A stretch of DNA of 58,924 bases, the filler included, from Bipalium vagum (taxonomy: Eukaryota): assembly GCA_037834085.1 (NCBI GenBank). It is 3 parts of 3 records of this genome, joined end to end, with 100 filler letters (N's around TTAATTAATTAA, not from the genome) between each part and the next. Parts side by side here need not be neighbours in the genome. Positions count along the whole stretch, not along the records: positions 35,455 to 58,924 come from JBBMKC010208709.1; 2 more parts are not named here. The stretch is one strand, 5' to 3'. The notes under the pieces are model-generated. The model was not told the origin of the DNA. It ran no database searches and saw nothing but the letters and a program-made list of their open reading frames with translations. Numbering within the stretch: the stretch's first letter is position 1; each line of letters starts with the position of its first letter. This document shows positions 49,314-58,924 of the stretch, piece after piece. The translations under genes and the position numbers were made by a program.

Positions 49314-52059
49314 TATTAATAATAAAAATAATAATACATTTTTAATTATAAATAAATTGTGAAATAAGGAACAATAAATGAAAAAGGCTAGTAAATATTT
49401 TAAACATATAAAAAATAAGACGAACTATTATTGTAAACAAACAGAACTATACAAGATTAATATCGTAAAATAAATAATCCTGGATTTTTGAGTAAGATGA
49501 AAAAGGGAAGCTATTCAGAAGTTTTGTTTTTCTAAATTTTATTTTTATATATGGAGATTATAATATCGATTAAAACAAGCTTGGTGAAAGACTCCATAAC
49601 ATTGATTTTCAGATGTGATAAATTTTTTAAATATCAGAATAATTTTTGACTTTCACTCTGACAAAAAAAGTCCTCGGGAATTTTAATTCCTTAAAGAGGG
49701 CCCAAATTGATTAAGTTAGATTAGACAAGATTAATTTAATTAAAGATGTCGGTAATTATTTTTAGTCATTGATTAACAGATTAAAAAAGTCAGACAAGTT
49801 GTTGTTTATAATAACGTTCAAATATAGTGGATTTATTGAAAAAGTTCCAGAAAAATCATATAAATCAAAACTAGGCATAATACAAATTAATTTTTATACA
49901 TATTAACCACTTAACTTAACAATTTTCCACTGTTTGACCCGGGTTTTAAACCATTTCTATAAATAAATTTGATACTTTGATTAGAACCATTTTTACTCTT
50001 TTGAACTCCAACATTGTTTCCCATTGAATACACTTGATATTTTTTTCAATTTCGAGAACAATGAAGATTCCGAGTGATCCAAGTCAGGGGCAGAATATTG
50101 TGTAATATTAATAAGTAATTCAAATTCATTACGATCACCTAACCAATATTTTGATTGCCCAAATAGACAAGTGAATTTAATAGAAAAATCTTTTTAAAAA
50201 AAATAAAATATTTAATTAGGAATGCAAATTACTCCATTTTTTTGAAGCATAAGTATCATTACGTCACTGCAATAACACTTCATTTACATAAAATTAATTT
50301 ATTTTAGTTTACATCCTATAAACTATGTAACCTCCGGCTCGAGATGATTACTGATCCTTTTAATTAACATGCTCACTCTTAAATTGAATCAAAGTCACAA
50401 TGCAATAATAGATAAATACAGATGATCGAAAATAATGACAAATACTCCAGAAAAATATGCAAATAGTCAACAATAGTTACAACAAATAAAATACTCAATT
50501 AGTTAATAATCAATGACTGTAAAATATCTAAAAGTCTAATAGTTTAATGACAGTTAAATAATGAAAGAATCTAATATGTAAAAGAAAAATCGTCTTTGAT
50601 CATGGAACGTCTTTTCTCTCTTTTACTCAACTATTACTAAATCGGTTCCTAATTGTGGACTTAATCTAATCTGGACAAGTCGGTATTGTCAAAATTAGAA
50701 AAAAGAGAAAATCTATTATTATTATTTTTTTTTTTAGAATTTTATTATGATTATGCTTTGGCCAACCCAACTTATGCAATAAAAATATTAATATTTATTT
50801 AAATTTAATAAATATAAATAAATATACATTTAAAATTTGAATAAATAAGATATTATATAAACTAAAATATTATCAAATTTTACATAAAAATTTCTAATGC
50901 TGATTTGTTTAAATTTAATATAAAATAAAAATAATAAAACAGAAGTAGATAAACGTAAATTAAAACAAATGGATTTTTTCATATTCAAAAAATTAATATA
51001 TTTCATAATAAGTTAATAAAAGCCAGTTTTTCAATTAATATCAGACATATTTTTATTTGTGAAAGAGAAAATTGTTATATCTTTTAATTAATATCCTCAA
51101 TTAATGGGCCCAATTATCGAATTTCGTAGTGAATACAAGTATTTGTGAAGAGAATATTAATCGCCAGGAGGAAATGATTTGACTTCATAAAATGTTATTA
51201 AAATATCTATTTCGAAAATCGATTTTCCTTCGTTTTCAGAGAGATTTTCAGAAATATTTAATAAACAAAAACAGAAATCTCACAAATCGTTTTATTTGAT
51301 GTAAACAATTTCGATCGACAGAGACTTTGATTGGTGACAATGAGAATTTTGTTTATTTATTTGTGGTTATATAATATCTTTTAATTCTTTCAGATTTTAT
51401 ATTTAGTTTATTTTTAATTTAATAAAAAAACAAAAATTTTCCACCTGACCCTAAAATTAACTTTTATTTAAAATGAGCCTGTGATATAGTTTGTTTTAAT
51501 ATTCATTTTATTTATCATTTAATATATTTTTTTCTTTTAAATATTATATTACCTGTTTTCTACTTATTATAAAACTGAAAGAGAGAATGTAAATATTTAT
51601 GTAAATAAAAAAATTGTTTTTAAATGAAATGTATTATATATTAAATCCCTTAAATTAGTTGAGCGGATGGAGATTCAATATTACATAATATATAATTAAT
51701 AATAATAATAATAATATTAAATAATTGAATTATTAATAATAATCAATATTGTACTTTGAACTTAATCAAGTTAATTTTTGATCAATAAAAGTTCAAATAT
51801 TTTTATTTGTCTGGAGGTTTCTATAATAAAAAATAAATTTGAAAAAATCCAGATTTTTATTTCCCATACTTGGTGATATCTTGAAGACACAAAAATGTAA
51901 AAAATATGAAATAGCTAATTTCTATTTTCCAACTAATATCAATAATTTTATAATTTTAATTTTTATGATTCCCAAGAAGCATTTATAAAAAAAATCCTGA
52001 GGAAAAGAATGTAAGAAATAAGATTTTGTATAACATTCTGTTATCTATTATTGTACTAT

Positions 52060-52431
52060 TATCATTGCTAGCAGCTTGTTTGTGTTTATGATGCAATTAA
52101 GCTGAAGTATCCTGTTCTTCTTTGTCGAAAGCAGGCATTGTTTCACCAGGAGATCTTGTCTTATTGTGCCTACAGTCCTTATGCTGCACCATATGATTAT
52201 GGGTTGTTCGATCCTTGCAACATTTCTTCATTTGAATCTGGAGCTGAATTTAGGTGGTTTGTAAAGAGTTTTTGAATCAAAACAGCAATTGGTACTTTAA
52301 CCAGATAGAAATACTAGCAGGTCGGTGGCGTAAAATCATTGAAGCTGGTGGATTTATTTTGAAGAGTAGTGTTATTGTTATTTAAAGATAAATGTATAAT
52401 TTTGAGCACAAACTTTTGCATCACCTCAGTA
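52060..52431 (+). mobile_element. Mariner C-terminal fragment
   Basis: YSPYAAPYDYGL, RSLQHF after a frameshift, RWRKIIEAGG and terminal GCACAAACTTTTGCATCACC. Confidence 0.6.
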
Positions 52432-52607
52432 TACTATTCATATAGAGTCAAAATAATATAAGGTGCTTTAGTTTCTACTTTTGAAATATTGGGGAACCCA
52501 AGAAATCCATTTTAATAGATAAATATTTTGAACATTACTGAAATTATGCCTGTAATTCATAAATTTTCCAATTTATATATTATATAATATTTTTTATTAT
52601 ATATCTA

Positions 52608-53805
52608 TACAGAATAAGTCAGCTATTTTAGGACAAAGATTGTTAAAATATATCATGATAATTTTTTTAGTTGCGCTAAAATTGATTTGCAATATTTATT
52701 GATACAACATTAAATAATTATTTTTTTATTTAGAAATGGAAGAGATAATTTTTAGATTAACACAAAAAATGAAAAAGCATGCAGTTATTGTTGCATTAGC
52801 CACCGGACACAGTGACTTAGAAATTTAAAATTTTCTTAATGTGGGCAGATCGTTTTTCCATAAAATTAGAAAAGAATGTTTGGCATCCGATCGAAATATT
52901 TCCTCTATATCTAAAAGAAAAACACACATCTCACGTTCAGACATTGTCAGAAATGTTAATTTTGTTCAAAAAGTCCAGGATGCTGTTCATGAAAGTCCCG
53001 GAACATCAATGAGAGAAATTGACAATCGAGTATCGGTTTCTGAGTCAACAGTAAGACGAACGATAAACAATGATTTAAAATGCAAATCCTAAGTCATGAG
53101 AAGAAGACATGTTGTATTGGCAAAAACCAAAGAAAATCGCTTAATCCGCTCGAAGTGTCTTAAACAAAATCAATCATCCAAAGATGCTATGGTTCTTTTC
53201 TGATGAAAAACTTTTTTCACAAAATCAAAAGCTTAATAGAGGAGGAACGGTTGATGGCTGTGTTCCACTGCTTCTGAAGTCACTAATGTTATGCACACCA
53301 AGGTTCCATCATCTTTAATGATATTGGGAGTTGTGAGCAACGAAGGTGATGTTATGCCTCCGTATGTGTTCCAACAAGACTAAGCTCCCTGTCATTAAAA
53401 ACACAAAAATGGTTATCGTTAAATTTTAATGACAATGTCATTCCAAACTTATGACCACCTTGCTCGCCCAATTTAAATCCTTTGAACTATTTCAAATGGG
53501 GCGTCGTAGAGAAGGAGACGAACAAACATTCTCATAATGCCAAAGATTCATTACGGACTTCTATAAGGTCTGCTATGATAAATATGAACAAAAACCATTT
53601 GATCGCAGCTTGTAAGCTTTTCAAAAGCTGTCTTGAAGCTGTAATTGACACTGAAGGCGATTTTATGGAATCAAAAAAACTTTTGTACAAATAAACAAAT
53701 AAAGTTTCTAATATTGCTTAAAAATATACATTCTTTTCATTAAAAATATTACATACCTTTAATATCAATTTTTGTCCTCAAATATAATATTTGACGAACC
53801 CTGTA
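52608..53805 (+). mobile_element. maT/DD37D-type Tc1-mariner element, decayed, in integrin intron 2
   Basis: TACAG...CTGTA termini with GGACAAA/TTTGTCC inverted. Encodes SMREIDNRVSVSESTVRR, FFSDEK, HTKVPSSLMILGVVSNEGDVMPP, YVFQQD*APCH, PPCSPNLNPLNYFKWGVVE and LEAVIDTEGDFME. Confidence 0.82.
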
Positions 53806-54021
53806 TATGATTATTCGAATATTATATTTTTTGGAAACGGATACCAAGTTAAATACAGTTTTAATAACTTTGTATCATTGAAAATTATCAATTATGAGTA
53901 CCGAGTCAGATTATTTGTAAATATAAATAAATAATTCGACTGATAATTAGCAGGAGATATTACTTATAAATGTAAAAAATTCAACTAGAGCGATTTGAAG
54001 AAATTATTTTATTTTAATCAG

Positions 54022-54338
54022 AATCAAGAGAAATTAAAGTAGCTCTCGGATTGCCCGGCAGTTTTCTATCCGAAGGAAATGTATTTCTGTCCAGTTTCCG
54101 GGGTAAAAATATGGTAGAAAAAGTGCTTCTTAAGAGTAGTCCGTCTGACTTAAAGAACCGTGGCTACAATCTAGGCTACGATATAAAATTGGCTAGATTA
54201 TGGTACGGCTCCAACGAGAAATATCCATTTACAAGTGCCATATCAAAGGACGTGGTAATTACTTCAAGTCCTCATTGGAACTCCAATGGTTATCGTGGGG
54301 TTGTCCTCGTTTTGGATACCAAGTTGGACATGAGCCAA
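54022..54338 (+). CDS. Integrin alpha, exon 3 (blades 3-4)
   Basis: Acceptor AATCAG|AA (phase 1); VALGLPGSFLSEGNV...YNLGYDI...VITSSPHW...RGVV; donor CAA|GTGAGT (phase 0). Confidence 0.86.
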
Positions 54339-56949
54339 GTGAGTTTAACAATTGTAACATTAAATTACCTTAATAAAAGTGAGACTTAATTCCATCAGAT
54401 ATTTGTGCATTTCAGTTTCTTATATTTAATTAAAAAGTCATTTAACAAATAAAACAAATCGTTATTTTATTTTATTTTTAGAAATTAAACATGTGCATTT
54501 TATTAAAATCAGGTGTGTTTGGCATTTATGAGTTATTATTTTTATATTCTTAACCGAAATTTGATTCAAACAATATATTGCATTCATAAAATTATCTCTT
54601 TTCAGCTGTATATTTATAAATAAAAGAATTTATTGTTTTCTCGTCGCTCTTGAAATGTTTATATACCACTTTAAATCAATAATTATTACATTTATTAATA
54701 ATAATAAAATAAATTGTATAACTATTTTAGTTTTTGAAGAATTTTTAAATTTAGAATGCATTGTTTCCAAAACTTTGTTAATTTTTGAAATATCGATTCC
54801 GGAATTAAAAATAAATTTTTGTTAAAATTAATACATATTTTTTCGATTTTAATTTTAACAATTTATGTCAAATATGTTTGCCATAAATTTATTTGGAGAA
54901 CCTTTTAAAGGTTTTTAAATACAATTCCAATTATAAGATTGATAGGAATTGAAGGTTAAACACCGGCAAAAGATGACAAAATTAAAAAATAATAATAATA
55001 AAAATAAAATAATAATAATAAAAATCAGACCTCTCAAAAATATTTACATTATTTACCTTTTTTTGTGTTTTTTGGTTTATTATTTGTTGAGTTACAATCC
55101 TAAAGAGGATCGATTGCTAAAAATATTTCTCTCATTAATCTTTATTGGTATTGCATTCGTAACCCGTACCAATCGTAGCAATGGGAACGAATGATATTGA
55201 ACATTTGTTAAACATTATCATGTCAGATTTATTTCCTTTTAGTAGTTGATTGACACTACCAAGTAATGAGGAGTCGGTTCATATTTTTGTACACAAATTA
55301 TTAACAAAATAACCTTAGTCTAATCTGGACAATGAGCTGACCATAATGGACACAGTTTCCAAAAATAATGAGATATATGATAACGAAGAAGCACCCCACG
55401 AAAAAGAATTCAATTCTCAACAGTCAGATTTTTACTAAGCAGGCATCGAAGAAGTGTTAGGGTTCGGTAGTTTTTAGAAAAAAAATAATAACTGAATGTA
55501 GGATATACTTTATGTGGTTATAAAATGATTCAGGTGTATTTTTTTAATTCTTCTGTGCTGAATATTGTAATTATATTTAATTTACCTTTTCTGTAACTGA
55601 AGCAGGCGACATCGGTGTTGCCTAATTAAACTTTAAAAATTGACAAAATCATAACTGGTTTGCTTTAATTGAAATTTGGCCTACGCAATTTGGTTCAGTA
55701 AGGGAAGACCTGTGCTGGTATTTGTATAGAATGTGGGTTTCGGTAATCATTTCATAGTTGAATGTGTTCAGCTTTTGATGACTTTGAAAATTGATTAATT
55801 TTCAAGATATTGTTGACTTACCCAAAAATTTGTTAAGTTATATTTTGTACTCATTGAGTTTTAAAGAGAACAGGGGGTTTTGGCACCCCTGCTGTTTACC
55901 CAAGCTACGCAATTATAATCACTAATCTCACTTAATGAACTATTTATGACATTTTTCTGATCAAAGAAAACGATCAATGTCAGGGACTGTTGTTTCATTA
56001 ATAAAAAGTCAAAGTTAATTTAACAGGAGACAGAAAAATTGAAAATTTCAAAATGTCAATGGCTTTTTCATATACAGCTGTGTAAAATTGTGTTTTTCGT
56101 GAAAGAGAGCAAGTTTTATTTATCATAAAATAATTTTAGAAATTAAGGATCCAATTCGCTGATCGCCATAAATGACCCTAACATGAAAAGTCCTCGTATC
56201 TTTATGTTTGGAATGTATTTCGCTGAGGGTTGGTTTGATTGGGGATCTCTGAAAGAAACATGTGAAAGCAGTACTCTTTATACTATTGATAGTATATCCG
56301 TCACTATTTGGGAAACAGAAAGGCCAAAAATAATTATTACATAAAAAATAAACAAATTAGAAATAAAAAATTAAATGAACTTTGCATGATGTCGTCCTCA
56401 CGAAAATTTTGTGTAATTTTGTAACCGCTCATAGCTTGACATTTAGTCGTTTTATGGACGTCGTTGAAAAAGAATTTGGCCATTGCGAAGATGATTTAAC
56501 CTCTTAAAAATCTAAAGGAATGCGCTTTATCAATTTAACAGATTTGATTACTTGAATTAAAATTATTTTTTTTTGGATAAGTGTTTATTAATAAATATTA
56601 CGTTATTGCAAAAAATATTGCACGTTTTAGAACTTCTTATAATTTTGACAAGTTCTTGAGCCAAGTAAAAATTTTATACATCATTTTAAGGACATTTTCA
56701 TTCTGTATTTCATGGAAAATTAATTTATTGAATTATTATATTTATTACTTCAAATTTTGCTTATACGCCGCAGGTTATCTATAGTAAATTTGGTGAATTC
56801 AGGGTTAACTCACTTAACGGCGTATGCATGAGTAGTGCTTGTCTACGTAAATTTGTAATTTGTCAAAATCATGTAACAGATAAATTTATTTAATTATGAA
56901 AACCGTTAAATTTCTCATCAGATCTCGTATAAAAGTTATCATAAAAATA

Positions 56950-57330
56950 ATATTAAGAATCTGGAATGTCACACTCGGTTCACTTTCAGATCCGTCACTA
57001 TCCGTGGCCTGAGATACCACAGTTGTTTGCATTTTGCGTGGATATCCGCATATATTGGTGGCTTTAAATCCATTTTTAATGCAAACTAATTTTATTTCCA
57101 TCAACTTTCGTCAATCCATTGCCATATTTCATCGTAAAAAACTTCTTTACATTGATCCAGACTTCGTAATGTTATCATACCTATTGACCATCCAGTCTTC
57201 CCATTTCGCAAGATCTATTGTATTTTTCAATTGATTAATTGAAATATCGAGAAAAGATTTCGATACACCTTCCTCACTTGATGTTCATCGACGGATTCAT
57301 CGGGCCTAAATGATATCTTGAACCGAAAAA
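56950..57330 (-). mobile_element. pogo/Tigger-like DDE_1 transposase C-terminal relic
   Basis: Minus strand reads KWEDWMVNRYDNITKSG...EIWQWIDES...IKNGFKATNI...DGSE, matching the pogo WxxWM..TxxG..W..W..IxxxFKxxxI..DGSED pattern. Confidence 0.55.
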
Positions 57331-57583
57331 ATCATGAAAATTCATTAATTAATTAATTGGATTGGACAAGTAACTACTTTGTCCTTATATGTTATTTATT
57401 TTTTTTCCCTAATATTGATATTTTCAAAAATGTTGCAATTGTTTTTGTGCATCAGTTATTTGCATAAATTACTTGATCTATTAATAAGTAAGAATTTTCT
57501 TTAATAATTAGATATTATTTAAAAATATTATAATATTACTGGATCATTTTCTAAATAAATTCATTTTTATTTTATTCATCAAG

Positions 57584-57976
57584 ATAGAATATATTCCCGA
57601 TACTAATGGTCATTTGGGAAGCTATTTTGGTAGTAGCCTGACTACTGGGGACTTTAATGGAGACAATATTCTTGATATAATTGTTGGTTCGCCCTTTTAT
57701 ACTGATTTTTGGTCTTCTACGAAGAAATTAGTTGACATTGGAGCAGTTTATATTTATTATGGAAGAGTGTCAGATAAACAAAGGTATACAGTATCTGATA
57801 AAGTGGATATTCTCAAAGGAACGTACGAACGAGGTAAATTTGGTTTGAGCTTGACAACTCTTGGAGACATTGATGGAGATAATTTGGATGATTTTGCTGT
57901 TGGATGTCCAAGTTGTGGCAATGATGCAACTGGCAGTGTCTATATTTACTTGGGAGGTACAAATAAACCTGCACAG
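57584..57976 (+). CDS. Integrin alpha, exon 4 (blades 5-6 with Ca2+-binding hairpins)
   Basis: GSYFGSSLTTGDFNGDNILDIIVGSPFY...GAVYIYYG and GKFGLSLTTLGDIDGDNLDDFAVGCP...GSVYIYLG. Acceptor AAG|ATA, donor CAG|GTAAT. The gene continues past the window. Confidence 0.93.
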
Positions 57977-58122
57977 GTAATAATTTTTTTATTAAATAAG
58001 ATGATTTATTTCTAAAAAAAGATTTTTTTTAATTCATTTAAATCATCTTAAAAATAGTTGATTCTGACAAGTAATTGTTTAAATGTGATAATTTTGTTAA
58101 AATTGTTACTATTATACTTAGA

Positions 58123-58853
58123 CGTAGTAACGTGTGCTCGTGACTCCTCACCTTTTATAAATCGCTCTGTCAGTAGCTCCTCTCAACCTTTTCGAATCAA
58201 AACACACACCACAATACCGTATCCGCACCATTAAGAACTGAATCAAGACGTCCACAATAAAACTTTATTGATGAAAAAAAAACACAATGCCTATTATACT
58301 GATACCAATATGAGTCTCTAACAAGTCCAATCACTGAAAAATGTCACCAAATAAAAAAACAAATAATGTTAAAAATAAGCACAACTACTGCTATAATAAA
58401 AGAGGTGAAAGGAATGATCACGAAAAAGTTTTCAGGAAATAACAGAAAAATAAATAAATCAATCAAAACGATCTCACCAAGAGCTACAAGGGATCTCCGG
58501 TCCTTCTCAGGTCGCCTAGGGGTTCACAAGCGGGCTGGGTTCCCTTGTAAAATCCTCCCTCAAGGTCATATCCACTTGAAATACCTTTAGATCCTTTTTT
58601 CGGCTCGTAATCCTTCTGAATCCGTAGTTTTCTGGTTGGCACTTCATCAAATTTTCGTTCTCGGTATTGTCGTCTTTGTATTATCGTCTCCGTGCTAGCG
58701 TTTTTGGGCCATATAGTCGTAGAGATTGGTCTACGATCACCAATCCCTACGCTTAGAGACGGATATTTCACCTAGTAGCCATTAACTATCTCTACGCCGA
58801 GATAGTCTCATCAAGGCTAATGGAATCCTGATTTGCTCATAAGATATTAGACA
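58123..58853 (-). mobile_element. LTR-like structured repeat, copy B (antisense in integrin intron 4)
   Basis: Shares collinear blocks with 13768-14710: TGAATCAA..CAATAAAAC, CTCACCA..GAGC..., TATAGTCGTAGAGA.TGGTCTAC.ATC.CCAATC.CTACGCTT.GAGAC, and TAGCC..CATTAA. Confidence 0.55.
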
Positions 58854-58898
58854 AATTTTAACTAAAAATATTTTTTAAAAAATTATTATTAATTATTA

Positions 58899-58924
58899 AT
58901 TATTATTATTATTATTATTATTAT
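58899..58924. repeat. (ATT)n microsatellite at window end
   Basis: Direct reading of the sequence. Confidence 0.9.

Noticed and set aside
58484-58771. 95-aa minus-strand ORF within the structured repeat
   Set aside because: Copy A gives a largely different peptide (14375-14572) apart from a few codons in the shared stem; the conservation is at the base-pairing level.
58760-58830. Hammerhead-like string on the minus strand (CCTTGATGAG-stem-loop-TAAT...GAAA)
   Set aside because: The core is TTGATGA rather than CTGATGA, GAAA does not follow stem II, and the string is not conserved in copy A.

Overview
AT-rich animal genomic DNA with GT-AG introns that are either very short (42-69 nt) or inflated by transposable elements (TEs) to 2-8 kb. 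The gene content points to an invertebrate bilaterian; a flatworm is plausible but not provable here. The window is three pieces joined by two artificial 100-bp spacers (44N-TTAATTAATTAA-44N at 18132-18231 and 35355-35454), plus one plain N gap. Host genes, all on the + strand: the 3' part of a divergent RasGAP-domain gene (1716-4925); an intronless 213-aa four-transmembrane (4TM) gene resembling a tetraspanin without its large loop (5574-6215); a complete 9-exon PARP3 (6348-16329); the last exon of a myosuppressin/DMSR-type neuropeptide GPCR (31712-32029); and the first four exons of an integrin alpha (44363->57976). The rest is mostly decayed transposons: many mariner lineages, maT- and rosa-like elements, pogo, Merlin, Penelope-like RT and LTR-like repeats. 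Best leads: (1) a three-stem structured repeat with compensatory base changes, antisense in introns of both PARP3 and the integrin; (2) an operon-like 4TM-to-PARP3 spacing of 132 bp with splice acceptors just before the PARP3 ATG; (3) the loop-less tetraspanin-like protein. All family assignments come from reading motifs by eye, not from database searches.
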